This document shows, piece after piece, positions 47,146-60,122 of a stretch of DNA of 64,000 bases. The notes under the pieces are model-generated. The model was not told where the DNA came from, searched no databases, and was given only the letters and a program-made list of their open reading frames with translations. Numbering within the stretch: the stretch's first letter is position 1; each line of letters starts with the position of its first letter. This DNA is from Mustelus asterias (lineage: Eukaryota), in NCBI RefSeq assembly GCF_964213995.1, contig NW_027590863.1, positions 62,001 to 126,000 of the forward strand, given 5' to 3'. A program made the position numbers and the translations under genes.

Positions 47146-49489
47146 GAGGGCAGGGAACAGGCTACAGATGAATTAAAGAGAAACCATTTGTGTCCAGAAC
47201 ATTGTGAACATCCTTTACTCTGGTTGTCTTTGATCCTCAAGTCATTTTCTGTTTGTTTTAACCATATTCTGTTTCATTAATAAACTTTTATCAGTAAAAA
47301 TATTTGATTTTTCTGGATTTTTCCTGCTGAGATTGATGCACTTTAGGGAAAGTGGGTGAGAGGGGTTGGCAGGCTCTTTAACAGAAAGTGAGTCCCTCTA
47401 AGGTAATTGGCAAAGGAGCCAGAGGGGGAGATGAGATTTTGTGTTATTTTTTGACACAGTGAGTTGTTCTGATCTGCCTGAAAACAGATTAAATAGAATC
47501 TTTCCAAAGGGTAAAGACTTGAAAGGGAAGAATTTGCAGGGCTGTGGGGAAAGAACAGAGCAGTTGGATGAATCAGAGTCCTTTCAAAGAGATAGCAGAG
47601 GCACAATGGGCTGAATGGACTCCTCCTGCAGCCTGTCAATCTCAGCCTCCTGCTTCTGTGCAGGTTAGAAGGGCAGATTTCATTGCAGCCTTTTCCCTGT
47701 TTATGTATTTAAAGAGACGGGTTTCTCTTTAGCTCTGAGTGACCGATATAACAATTGGTTGGAGGCCCATTTCCCACTCAGTCCTCCAGCACCTTCCTGT
47801 CTCTCTATTAGTGCGACACCCATGGCAGTTTCCCAACTGGGGCGTAGGCCCCATTATTCTCAGCTAAATTCAGCCCTCAGCTCCGTCACCTGGCTGTCAT
47901 TGACACGAGCAATAGAGAGACAGAAAGGTACCCCAGGCTCAAATGGGAATCGAAACTTGTGGCTTTAAATGAACTGTTAGAATTTCTGTGACATTCAATA
48001 ATTTAAAAAGTGAATTTAAACCCAGTGAATAAATTAAAGAATCACATGACAAAACTTCAAGTTTTTTGACATTTATTCCAACAAACTGGAAGCAACAATG
48101 ACTAAATACTGTTCTTTGTAGGGAACATTGCCCTTAAACTGTAAAATTGAACTTTGCCCTTTTACTCTTAACACAATCAAATATCCCACTCAACGGTTAT
48201 ATTTTACTCTGTCTCCAAAATTTTCCAAAAACCAGTCCAAAGTGATTCTTCACTCCCCGAGTGTTTATTTCCTTTTCCAGTCTGGCAACCTTTAATCCCA
48301 GAACTGTCCTTCACAGTGATGGTTCTCCTGGACATTTTCCCACTAACACAAGCAAGGCGAATCTTCCAGCCTTGTTACACAATCCTCAGGAATTTGTGAC
48401 CAACATTCAACATCAGAGCAGAAGTAGCCATTTGGCCCTTTGAGTCTGCTCCACCATTTATTTAGATCATGGCTGATCTTTTTGTGTTGAGTTCCACATT
48501 CTCGTTCTACACCCAATACTTTTGATGTCCTTATCCAAAAGAATTGGTATGAAGGCAAAATTCTGCTGTTGCTGGAATCTGAAACAGACACAGGAAATGC
48601 TGGACAATCTCAGCAAGTCTGACAGCATCTGTAAAGAGAGAATGGAGGCAACATTTGGAGTCAGGATGACCCTTTATCAGAGCTGAAAACAAAGAAAATC
48701 AGACAAAATTCATCCTGTGAGGGTCAAGAATTGGGAAGCAATCTATTAAACCTCCTCTGAACCACTTTCAATGCATTTGTATCATTTCTTAAATAGGAGA
48801 CAAAGCAGCACCCAGTGTTCAAGATGCAGTCTCAGCAATGCCCTGTATAACTGAAGCAGAACATCTTTACTTCTATGTTCAATTTCTTTCGTAATAAAGG
48901 ATAACATTCCATTTGTAAGAACTTTGATTTATTTGAACTAAGATTTATGGGGGTTCTCTTGTTTACAATAACCTCCCTCATCGTAAATCACACCAGGTTC
49001 CAGTGACTTAACCATATGGCAAGAAAGAAAGCAAGCTTTAAATGGTGAAATCAGAAAGTTTGTTAACCATTAAAAATGTAACAAGTCAGAAAGATAAAAA
49101 GCAAAGTGTCGATTAACAGTTAATAGAGAAAGTTTAACTTTAACAATTGAACAGACTTCTCTCCATCCCTCAGACCAGGACATGACGTGACGGCTCCGAA
49201 AACGTGGATAACTTGTAAAACCAACAGCTCTCAACACCTCTCTGGAAACATCTCTCCCTCCACCTCTCTCTACCAAGTTGCCTTCTCAAGACCACTTTTT
49301 TATACTTTAAAAATGCTGAAAGCCCATCTTAGCCAATTCCCATAAATCTTCAATTATGAACTAAAATAGACACGAGTTTTCGGGTGATTTAAAAACAAAT
49401 GAACTGTCTGCTGAAAGGGTTAACTTTTCTACAGAACCTAAAGAGTGAGCAGCAAAAACTTGGCACACAATTACATCACTTTAACAACC

Positions 49490-51905
49490 ATAGAAAATCA
49501 CAGCTCAGAAACAGGCCTTTTGGCCCTTCTTGTCTGTGCCGAACCATTTTTTGCCTAGTCCCACTGACCTGCACTTGGACCATATCCCTCCACACCCCTC
49601 TCATCCATGAGCCCGTCCAAGTTTTTCTTGAATGTTAAAAGTTAAATGTTAAATTTACCACTTTATCCGGCAGCTCATTCCACACTGCCACCACTCTCTG
49701 CGGGAAGAAGCCCCCCGCTAATATTCCCTTTAAACTTTTCTTTCACCCTTAACCCATGCCCTCTGGTTTTTTTCTCCCCTCGCCTCAGCGGAAAAAGCCT
49801 GCTTGCATTCACTCTATCTATACCCGTCAAAATCTTATACACCTCTATCAAATCTCCCCTCAATCTTCTACGCTCCAGGGAATAAAGTCCCAACCCATTC
49901 AATCTCTTTCTGTAACTCAGCTTCTCAAGTCCCGGCAACATCCTTGTGAACCTTCTCTGCACTCTTTCAGTCCTTCCTGTAACTAGGTGACCAAAACTGT
50001 ACACAATACTCCAAATTCGGCCGCACCAATGCCTTGTATAACCTTACCATAACACTCCAACTTTTATACTCGATACTCCGATTTATAAAGGCCAATGTAC
50101 CAAAGGCACTCTTTACGACCCTATCCACCCTTGACGTCACTTTTAGGGAATTCTGTACCTGTATTCCCAGATCCCTCTGTTCAACTGCACTCTTCAGAGT
50201 CCTACCATTTACCCTGTACGTTCTACTTTGGTTTGTCCTTCCAATGTGCAATATCTCACACTTGTCTGCGTTAAATTCCATTTGCCATTTTTCAGCCCAT
50301 TTTTCTAGTTGGTCCAAATCCCTCTGCAAGCTTTGAAAACCTTCCTCACTGTCCACTACACCTCCAATCTTTGTATCATCAGCAAACTTGCTGATCCAAT
50401 TTACCACATTATCATCCAGATCATTGATATAGATGACAAACAACAATGGACCCAACACCGATCCCTGCGGCACACCATTAGTCACAGGCCTCCACTCAGA
50501 GAAGCAATTCTTCCATTGAGCCGGCATCTCCACATCACGTTCTTCCATTGAGCCAGTGTCTAATCCAATTTACTACCTCCCCATGTATACCTAGCGACTG
50601 AACCTTCCTAACTAATCTCCCATGAGGGACCTTGTCAAAGGCCTTGCTGAAATCCAGGTAGACAACATCCACCGCCTTCCCTTCATCCACTTTCCTGGTA
50701 ACCTCCTCGAAAAACTCTAATAGATTGGTCAAACATGACCTACCACGCACAAAGCCATGTTGACTCTCCCTAATAAGTCCCTGTCTATCCAAATATTTGT
50801 AGATCCTATCCCTTATCACACCTTCCAATAATTTGCCCACCGACATCAAACTTACTGGCCTATAATTTCCCGGATTTCTTTTGGAACCTTTTTTAAACAA
50901 CGGAACAACATGAGCCACCCTCCAATCATCCGGCACCTCCCCCGTGAATACTGACATTTTAAATATGTCTGCCAGGGCCCCTGCAAGTTCAACACTAGCT
51001 TCCCTCAAGGTCCGTGGGAATACCCTGTCCGGTCCTGGGGATTTATCCACTCTGATTTGCCTCAAGACAGCAAGCACTTCCTCCCCTTTAATCTGTAAAG
51101 GTTCCATGACCTCCCTACCAGTTTGCCCTATTTCCGTAGACTCCATGCCCGTTTCCTCAGTAAATACGGATGCAAAAAAACCATTTAGTATCTCCCCCAT
51201 CTCTTTTGGTTCCATACACAGTCTACCACTCTGGTCTTCAAGAGGACCAATTTTATCCCTATCCTTTTGCTCCTAACATACCTATAGAAGCTCTTTGGAT
51301 TTCCTTCACTCTGTCTGCCAAAGCAACCTCATGTCTTCTTTTAGCCCTCCTGATTTCCCTCTTAAGTAGCTTCTTGCACTTTTTATACTCCTCGAGCATC
51401 TGATCTGTTCCTTGCTGCCTGTACATTTCATACAACTCTCTCTTCCTCTTAATCAGTGTTACAATCTCCCTCGAGAACCAAGGTTCCTTATTCCTATGTA
51501 CTTTGCCTTTAATCCTGACAGGAACATACAAACTCTGCACTCTCAAAATTTCTCCTTTGAAGGCCTCCCACTTTCCATTTACATCCTTACCAGAGAACAG
51601 CCTGTGCCAATCCACACTTCCCAGATCCCTTCTCATTTCATCAAATTTGGCCTTTTTCCAGTTCAGAACTTCAACCCGAGGACCAGATCTATCCTTATCC
51701 ACGATCAGGTTGAAACTAATGGCATTATGATCACTGGATCCAAAGTGTTCCCTCACACTCACATCCATCACCTGCCCTAACTCATTTCCCAATAGGAGAT
51801 CCAATATCGCATCCTCTCTAGTTGGCACCTCTATATACTGATGCAGAAAATTCTCCTGAACACATTTTACAAACTCTTCCCCGTCTAAACCTTTAACAGT
51901 ATGCG
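49490..51905 (-). mobile_element. 5'-truncated CR1-type LINE (~2.4 kb, frameshifted ORF2)
   Basis: ORFs 51259-51969, 50535-51215, 49967-50548 and 49675-50004 are consecutive pieces of APE/RT. Confidence 0.9.
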
Positions 51906-53189
51906 AGTTCCTTCTTACAAGTTTAAAAAACTTCCCTAACAACAAAACAAACTTGATGTTCAACTGCATACATTATTTTTTTTGTTATATTCATCAACCT
52001 AATTATTTTAAGTTGATCAGTTATTGTGAGGGATGATTAACTTCTGTTCTTTATAAACTGGTTCACTCATTTTGTTAATTCTACATGGGCTCGAGAATCA
52101 GAACCCAGACTTTATCATCCTTATCTTTTCTCCCTTTGCCACGACTCCCTCTGTTTTGCGGGAGGGTCGTGGGGATTCCAATCAGACCGAATCAAATTAT
52201 CATAAAAGTAAAATACTGCGGATGCTGGAATCTGAAACGAAAACAGAAAATGCTGGAAGATCTCAACAGGTCTGGCAGCATCTTTGGAGAGAGAATAGAG
52301 TCAATGTTTTGAGTCTGGATGAGCTTCTTACAAAGTGTCACCCACAATCGAAACGTTGTTTCTATTCTCGAATCATTTTATCGATAAGCTTCTTGTTCTT
52401 AGTTTCCAAATGGCAGGTAAGAGACCTGTCCGGTCCCCACTCGAGCTCTGGTTTTTCACTGGCCATGCGTGGATAGGATTATAACTGTTAGAATCTACTC
52501 TCAGAGATCTGCTTTTCAGACCAGTGCTACTTGGAGAATACCATCACTTCAACAAATATCGGGTCACAAGTCCCTCACAGTTCTTATCACAAATTGACGA
52601 TAGGTTAAGCAATGCCTCAGAACGCTTTTTAACTTCTTAACCAACTACCTACCACTGTTTGTTGATTGGTCGGACCCCTTTTTTACAGATTCAGGTCTCT
52701 CAGCCGCTGAACACCAGCCGGTCCTGGAATAAGTTTAATTTGAACTCATTCTGAGTCAATATTCTCACCAGGTCCTCTGTTGGGACCCTGCTAAGCAGCT
52801 TTAATGGTCCATGATTGCAGAAACTGAGAAGTTACAGGAATGTGGTCAAGATAGTCCAGTCCCATAATGCCTCACATTCAATCTGCAGTCCTTCGATTAT
52901 AACAGAATATGTGGCTGTATGTAGCTTCCTCGGCCATGGTCAACCCAACTCTGCCTTCTTGAACTGCTACAATGCCTCAGGTGTCAGTACACCCACAATG
53001 CTGTTAGAGAGGGAGACTGTAGGTGGATACCAGATTGATATATTCCATTCAACCACACCCAAGATGAGTTATTCCAATTCCTTTATTGTCCAGGACAATA
53101 TATCCACAATATCTTTAAAACAGAAATTAAACATTCCCATTTGATTTCAGGTAGTAACACGTTCTGTTACTTTGTTCTTTATTGTCAAT

Positions 53190-53492
53190 GTCAGGCTGGG
53201 GTTGTTCCCCTTGGAGCAAATGAGGTTAGGGGAGATTTGATAGAGGCGACAAGATTCTGACAGGTTTAGATAAGGTGGACAAAGAAAAGCTGTTCCCATT
53301 AGCTGATGGGACAAGGATGAGGGGGAGACAGATTTAAGGTTTTGGATCAGAGATGCAGTTGAGGGGGAGGGGGGGTGATGTGAGGAAGAATATTTTGATG
53401 CAGCGAATGGTAATGACCTGGAACTCGCTGCCTACGAGGGTGGAGGAAGTGGAGACAATAAACAATTACAAAGGAAATTGGATGGGCATTTG
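53190..53492 (+). mobile_element. CR1-type LINE 3' fragment, degenerate
   Basis: LGLFPLEQ.RLRGDLIE and WNSLP codons. Confidence 0.6.
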
Positions 53493-53758
53493 GGGGGGTT
53501 TCAAACAGAAATGCTGACTAAATATCTCTGAAGTTCCTAACACCCTGTCACTCTGTGATCCGTGTGAAATTTGAAACCAGGTATTCGCAACGAGACTCAA
53601 GGAGCATCAGCCCACTGGAGGCAAAGTTGTGAAACCGACCAGTCCAACAGAAAGAAACCCTCCGACCCTCCCCATTGACCAACTGTGAGAATGAACAAAA
53701 TGCAGTCCTGGATGTAATTGAGAGCAGAAACAATAACAGCAGAATCCAACCTCTGGAA

Positions 53759-54349
53759 TCACTCGTGAACTTGTTGGTGTCTCAGCAGGTGGGATGAAAC
53801 TCTGAATCTCTTCCCACACACAGAGCAGGTGAATGGCCTCTCCCCAGTGTGAACTCGCTGGTGTGTGCAGAGGTTTGAGAGGTCAGTGAATCCCTTCCCA
53901 CACTGAGAGCACATAAATGGTTTCTCCCCAGTGTGAACTCGCTCATGTGTCCGCAGACTGGATAACTGAGTGAACCCATTCCCACACTGAGAGCAGGTAA
54001 ATGGTCTCTCCTCAGTGTGAACTCGCTGGTGTCTTCGCAGGCCTGATGAATTACTGAATCCCTTCCCACACTGAGAACAAGTGAATGGTCTCTCCCCAGT
54101 GTGAACTCGCTGGTGAGTCCGCAGGTTGGATGACTGAGTGAATCCCTGCCCACACTGAGAGCAGGTGAACGGCCTCTCCCCAGTGTGAACTCGCTGGTGT
54201 CTTTGCTGGCCGGATGAATCACTGAATCCCTCCCCACACTGAGAGCAGGTGAATGGCCTCTCCCCAGTGTGGCTGCGCCAATGCGCTTCGAGCTCAGATG
54301 GGTATCCGTATCTCTTCCCACAGTCCGCACATTTCCATGGTTTCTCCAT
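53759..54349 (-). CDS. C2H2 zinc-finger protein (gene 8), 7 fingers
   Basis: ORF 53759-54385; accATGg at 54349 (MEKPWKC); acceptor ttttacag near 54701. Confidence 0.85.
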   Translation of the reverse strand: MEKPWKCADCGKRYGYPSELEAHWRSHTGERPFTCSQCGEGFSDSSGQQRHQRVHTGERPFTCSQCGQGFTQSSNLRTHQRVHTGERPFTCSQCGKGFSNSSGLRRHQRVHTEERPFTCSQCGNGFTQLSSLRTHERVHTGEKPFMCSQCGKGFTDLSNLCTHQRVHTGERPFTCSVCGKRFRVSSHLLRHQQVHE

Positions 54350-55404
54350 GGTGCAGGTGTCCTTGCCTCTCTCTTGGGTGGACAATCAGTTGAAGCCTCG
54401 TCCACACACACAACACGGGTACAGTCTCTCCCTGCTGTGAATGATGTGATATTTATTGAGGCTGTGTAACTGGTTAAAGCTCTTTAGTCAGTGCACTGGA
54501 ACACTCTCACTCCAGTGTGGCAGAGTGTTGGTGCTTTTCCAGTCACACTGATGTTTGAAATCTTTTCAAATCGACAGACCGGACAACCATTTCTCCTTCT
54601 GGATTCAAAGGCCGATGATATTCAGGTCCCGAGGAATATGACTCTGTCACGTCAAGACGTGACGTTTGAGATTTCAGCCTGTGATTCCTCTTTCAATATC
54701 CTGTAAAATAAGTTTACAGAAGTCATCAGTGTCAGTACAGGATAGAAATTGAGAACACGCAATTCTAGTTTCTATGGAACATTCTTTCCTCTCTCCAGAC
54801 TCGGAACATTGGCTCTATTCTCTCTCTATCTGGGGGATAGCGTGGGAAATGATGCTGTGGTAGATCAGCCAATTCTCAATGAATGGTTGAGGCAGTTCGA
54901 TGGGCTGAATGGCCAACTGCAGCTCCTGTTTCTTATGATTTGTGTGTGGTGGACAGGAAGCAGTGAGCACGGATCTGTCAATCAGCCTCAATCAGCACCT
55001 TCAGGAGAATTGAGAGGATGAATATTAGATACAGCAGAGTGAGAATGGAGGGAGAGTGTGTGGGATGGAGATTCACAGCTTTTGGGGAACGAGAGAGGAA
55101 AGAATGTCCATTAGAATCATAGAATTGCTGCATCTTATCAACCGTCCCTGAGCTTTCACAATGAATCGCTCTTCTCAGGACACTCTTATCTCTGACTTGT
55201 CTGTGCTGCTGGCAGTCTCACAAAGCAGCTGCCTGTGTGCTGATACGGGAGGCCCTGCTCGGCAAGTTTAATGCTCCATGACTGTGTCTTTAATGACTGG
55301 ATAGCTGCAGGAATGTGGTCAAGTCCGCTAAATCCAGGATGCTTCGTATAGTTCATAACTCTCCATTTTGTTAACATAGTACATATGGATATTAAATACA
55401 TAGA

Positions 55405-55585
55405 AAGGCAAAATATTGCAGATGCTAGAATCTGAAACAAAAACAGAAAATGCTGGAAAATCTCAGCAGGTCAGATCATCTGTGGAGAGAGAATAGAGCC
55501 AACGTTTTGAGTCCGGATGACCTTCCGGCAGAGGTCTGACAAAGGGTCATCCAGACTCGAAACATTGGTCTATTCTCTCTCTGTA
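55405..55585. mobile_element. Inverted Penelope-like termini forming a hairpin, with degenerate hammerhead cores
   Basis: agagaatagagccaacgttttgagtccggatgacc / gggtcatccagactcgaaacattggtctattctct arms. Confidence 0.6.
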
Positions 55586-55799
55586 AATATATATAACACA
55601 TCTGCCTCAGCCTTGGCCCACTCTAACACATACAATTGTGCAATGGTGACTAGCAGGTCAGACAACTGATCAGAATATAAAAAATGGCCAAGAATGAGGA
55701 AAAGAATGATAAGGGAGGAAAAATTAGAGTGTGAGAGAAAGCTAGCTCGAACTGTAAAGACCGACAGCAAGAGGAGGTATTTGAAGAAAAGTTAATAAA

Positions 55800-57480
55800 T
55801 GGAGCACTAGTCATAGGGCACAGCACAGAACTAGACCCTTCAAGTCACTGATCAAGATCCCCTGTAATCTTTGGTAACCTTCTTCGCGATCAATGATACC
55901 TCCAAATTTAGTATCACCCACAAACATACTAATCATGCCTTGTACATTCACATATAAATCATTGATATAAATATTGAATAACAAGGGTCCCAACACCAAC
56001 CCCTGAGACACACCACTCGTCACAGGCCTTCAGTCCGAGGAACAACTTTCACCCATCACCCTCTGCTTCCTCCATTGAGCCAATTCCGAATCCAATTTGC
56101 TAGCTCTCCCTGGATCCCATGCGACCTAACTTTCCAGACTAGGCTGCCAAGCGGGACCCTGTCAAAGGCCTTGCTAAATTCCATACAATCAACATCTGTC
56201 CTAGCCTCATCCATCCTCTGGATTACCTCTTCGGAAAACTGTAAAAGATTTATTAGACATGACTTCCCGTGCACAAAGCGGTGCTGACTATCCCTAATCA
56301 CACCGTCAGAATCCAAATGTTGGTAGATTCTGTCCTTCACAATCCCCTCCAGTAACTTACCCACCACTGATGTCAGACTACCGGCCTATAATTCCCAGGC
56401 TTCTCTTTGCTACGCTTCTTAAACAACAGAACAACATTAACATGTTCTATTCTTCCAGAACTTCACCAGTAGAAAGAGATGAAACAAATATCTCTGCAAG
56501 GGGCTCTGTAATTCCTTCCTGAGCCTCCCACAAGATCTGAAGATATACTTGATCAGACCCAGGGGATTTATCCACCTTAATGCACTTTAAGGCTGCAGAT
56601 ACCTCCTCCCTAGTAATATGCATGTGGTCCAAGACATCACAGCTTCTTTCTCTTATTTCTTCAGCATCCATCATGTTCTCCTCAGGAAACACCAAGGAGA
56701 AATATTCATTAAAAATCGCACCCATCTCCTGTGACTCCATCCTCAGATAGCCATGCTGATTTTTAAGGGGATCTATTCTCTCTCTCGCCACCATTTTACT
56801 CTTAATATCGCGATAGAACCTCTTGGGATTTTCATAGAATCCCTACAGTGCAGAAAGAGGCCATTTGGCCCATCGAATCTGCACCGACCACAATCCCACC
56901 CAGGCCCTACCCCCATATCCCGACATATTTACCCGCTAATCCCTCTAACCTACGCATCTCAGGACACTAAGGGGCAATTTTAGCATGGCCAATCAACCTA
57001 ACCCACACATCTTTGGACTGTGTTAAAGTTAAATTTTCTTTAACTTTACCTGCCAGATCCATATCATACCCTCTTAAGTGTTCCCTTACACTTTTAAGAG
57101 TCATCGAGTGATTCACTTGTCCCCGATTGTCTAAACCCAATGTCTGCTTCCTTCTTTTACCTGACCAGAGCCTCAATGTCCCTTGTCAGCCAGGGATCCC
57201 TAAATTTACCATTCTTTCCCTTCATCCTGACAGGAATATACTGCCCCTGGACTCTTTATCGCACTTTTAAAACCTCCCATTTGCCAGTCATTCCTTTCCC
57301 TTCAAACAAACTCACCTAATCGACATCTGCTCGATCCTGCCTAATGCCCACAAAAGTGGCCCTGCTCCAGTTTAGGGCCTTGACCTGTGGACCTGTCCTA
57401 TCTTTTTCCTGAACTATTTTGAAACTATTGGTGCTCCCAATAGTGCTCCCTGACTGACACTTCAGTCACTTGCTCCACCT
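55800..57480 (-). mobile_element. Degenerate CR1-type LINE with an HE1 SINE piece inserted (56833-57021)
   Basis: ORFs 55811-56023, 56056-56367 and 56447-56794 are RT/APE fragments. Confidence 0.8.
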
Positions 57481-57499
57481 CATTTCTTAACTGTCTAAT

Positions 57500-57975
57500 A
57501 GAAAGTAAGTCCAGGATTTGCTAATGAAAAATAAGGAGCTGGGAGATGAATTGAACAAGTATTTTGCCTCGGTGTTCACAATAGAGGATACAGTTAAAAC
57601 TCAGAAACAGCTGGAAATCAGAAAACAGAAGTGTGGGATGAACTCTGAAAAAGCACAATTCCCAGGGAAGTGGTCCTCAGCAAACTGTTGGAGCTGTGGG
57701 CTGATGAGTCCTCGGGTTCTGCTGGACATCATTCTCGAGTCTTAACAGAGTGAGATAGTTGATGTGTTGTTCAATTTTCTAAAATTCCCCATCGGGAATT
57801 GGATAAAGGGAAACCGGTGGATGCGCTGTCCTTAGATTTCCAGAAGACATTTGATGAGTTGCCACATCAAAGGTTATTGCAGCAAATAAAAATTCATGCT
57901 GTGGGGATGACATATTGGCGTGGATAGAAGATTGGCTAACAGCAAACAGTGGGCAGAAATGGATCATTTTCTGGT
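57500..57975 (+). mobile_element. Degenerate CR1-type LINE internal fragment
   Basis: NKELGDELNKYFASVFT, LDFQK.F and AWIEDWL codons. Confidence 0.6.
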
Positions 57976-58830
57976 TTAAGAGAGAGAGAGAGACCTGGGC
58001 CAACCTTTCCAGAGTCTGCACCCTCCCTGGATTCAATTCCTTTCCCTTCAGTTGCTGCAAGTCCCCAATTTCCCCCAGAATGAGAAAAGAAATGGAAAGG
58101 GGGAGAAAAGAAAGTGTTTTACTCACAGATATTAGCGACAGGAGGAAGTTTCAGTCAGTCTGAAGATCAATCTTCATTCACACAAAGCCTGCGCTCAGAT
58201 TGGCCGGAAGACCAGAATCCTTCCGGTCCTCCAACTCTTCCCATTGGTCAACACCTCAGCATGAAGATCAGAGGGTGGGTTCTCCCCCGCACATGCGCAG
58301 CTTTCCCTCTCCCCCGCACATGCGCAGTCCCGGGCCAGGGGGAGGGGGAGCTCACCGAGCGGCTTCTCGTTCTGGCCGGAGCCGCCAGCCGGTTGCCTGG
58401 AAACCTTGACTCAAGGAGGTGTAAGGGGAGGGGAACAATGGATGGGGGCGGGGCTCCCGGGTCCGCGCGCCCGGGCCTGCGCACTGGAACCCGGAGACAT
58501 CACCGCGGAGCAGAGTGACTCCTATTGGCTGATTCAGGCAGGGCTCCATTGTGACGTCACAATGCAGAAGTTGGCCAATGAGCTTCAGAGTGAATCTTCC
58601 TCCTCTGGACAACATCTGGGAGGAAATCAATGTTTCCCCCTTTCCATTTCTTTTCTCATTCTGGGGGAAATTGGGGACTTGCAGCAACTGAAGGGAATGA
58701 AGTGAATTCGGTCTGTATATTCCACACATTTTTACTCCAGTAATGTGGACATCTATCTGTCTGGCAGCCTGCATGGAAATTTTCAGCTCACTGCATCCAG
58801 GGCAGGAAGCAGTGAGCATGGATCTGTCAA
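57976..58830. promoter_or_regulatory. CpG-island bidirectional promoter (type B) flanked by inverted first-exon/intron cassettes
   Basis: Minus-strand donor GTGAGT at 58126-58121; NRF1-like CACATGCGCA (twice), GC box, TGACGTCA and CCAAT; inverted arms at 58030-58110 and 58633-58708. Confidence 0.7.
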
Positions 58831-58834
58831 TCAC

Positions 58835-59210
58835 ACATGAGGACGGCCTCAACCGGGATCTTGGGTTCATGTCACACTATCTGTAATCCCCACGACATGC
58901 CTGGGCTTGCAAAATCTCACCAACTGTCCTGGCTGGAGACAATACACATCTCTTTAACCTGTGCTTAACCCTCTCTCCACTCACATTGTTTGTACCTTTA
59001 AGACTTGATTCCCTGTAAAGACTCGCATTCCAACCATTACCTTGTAAATTGAGTTTGTGTCTTTATATGCCCTGTTTGTGAACAGAACTGATGAAGGGGC
59101 AGCACTCCAAAAGCCTGTGGCTTATGCTACCAAATTAACCTGTTGGATTTTAACCTGGTGTTGTGAGACTTCTTACTATGCTTACCCCAGTCCAACGCCG
59201 GCATCTCCAC
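58835..59210 (+). mobile_element. Penelope-like 3' fragment
   Basis: cacatgaggacggcctcaaccgggat (HEDGLNRD) through ccccagtccaacgccggcatctccac. Confidence 0.75.
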
Positions 59211-59639
59211 ACCCTGAGTGGAAACAGAGAGAAGTAGGAGAGGCCGGAGGTGAGGAGAGAGATTTTATGCATCGACAACTCAACAGGAACTTTGACAGAA
59301 TTTCCAAACCCTGTGAACACCATCAGCTCCAAGTTCCTCTCCAACTCACACACCATCCTGACTTGTCTGACATCCAGTACTGAAAGAACAGAAATTTATT
59401 TCATATAAATACTGGGAAGACTGAACCCATTGTGTTCAGTCCCCACTACAGACTCCATTCCCTCGCCAACAACTTTATCTCTCCTCCTGGCAACTGTCTG
59501 AGGCTGGACCAGGCTGTTCATAACCAGGGTGAAATAGTTCATCCCAAGATGAGCTTCCAGCCACATGTCCACATCATCATCAAGACCACCTTCATTCATG
59601 GAAGCATTAATAGTAATTAATTAATGATAATGAATAATA

Positions 59640-59935
59640 AAATACAGCGTAGAAGGAGGCCATTCAGCCCATCGAGCCTGCACCGACAACAATCCCATCC
59701 AGGCCCTTTCCACATATTTACCTGTGATACCCCTGATACCAAGTGGCAATTTATCATGGCCAATCCGTCTAACCGGCACATCTTTGGACTGTGGAAGGAA
59801 ACCGGAACACCCGGAGGAAACCCACACAGACACGGGGAGAATGTAGAAACTCTGCACAGACAGCGACCCGAGGCTGGAATTGAACCCGGGTCCCTGGCGC
59901 TGTTAGGCAGCTGCACTAACCACTGTGCCACCGGG
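59640..59935 (-). mobile_element. HE1-like V-SINE
   Basis: Head, V-domain and CR1-like tail. Confidence 0.75.
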
Positions 59936-59994
59936 CCACATGTCAGTGCCATCGTCCGACTCCAGCCCAGTCTCAGCTCATCTGGAACTCTCAC

Positions 59995-60122
59995 CCCTTC
60001 CATTGTGACGTCACACTCACCCATTCCATTGTGACGTCACACTCTCACCCATTCCATTGTGACGACACACCCTCACCCATTCCATTGTGACGTCACACTC
60101 TCACCCATTCCATTGTGATGTC
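59995..60122. repeat. Tandem 26-28-bp array with three perfect TGACGTCA (CRE) sites
   Basis: ccattgtgacgtcacactc(tc)acccatt repeated about 5 times. Confidence 0.85.

Noticed and set aside
53782-54411. Long alternative-frame ORFs overlapping ZNF exons (also 10131-10748, 45025-45570 and 62447-63154)
   Set aside because: Shadow frames of the 84-bp finger repeat ([13 protein letters not shown] pattern) with no independent coding evidence.
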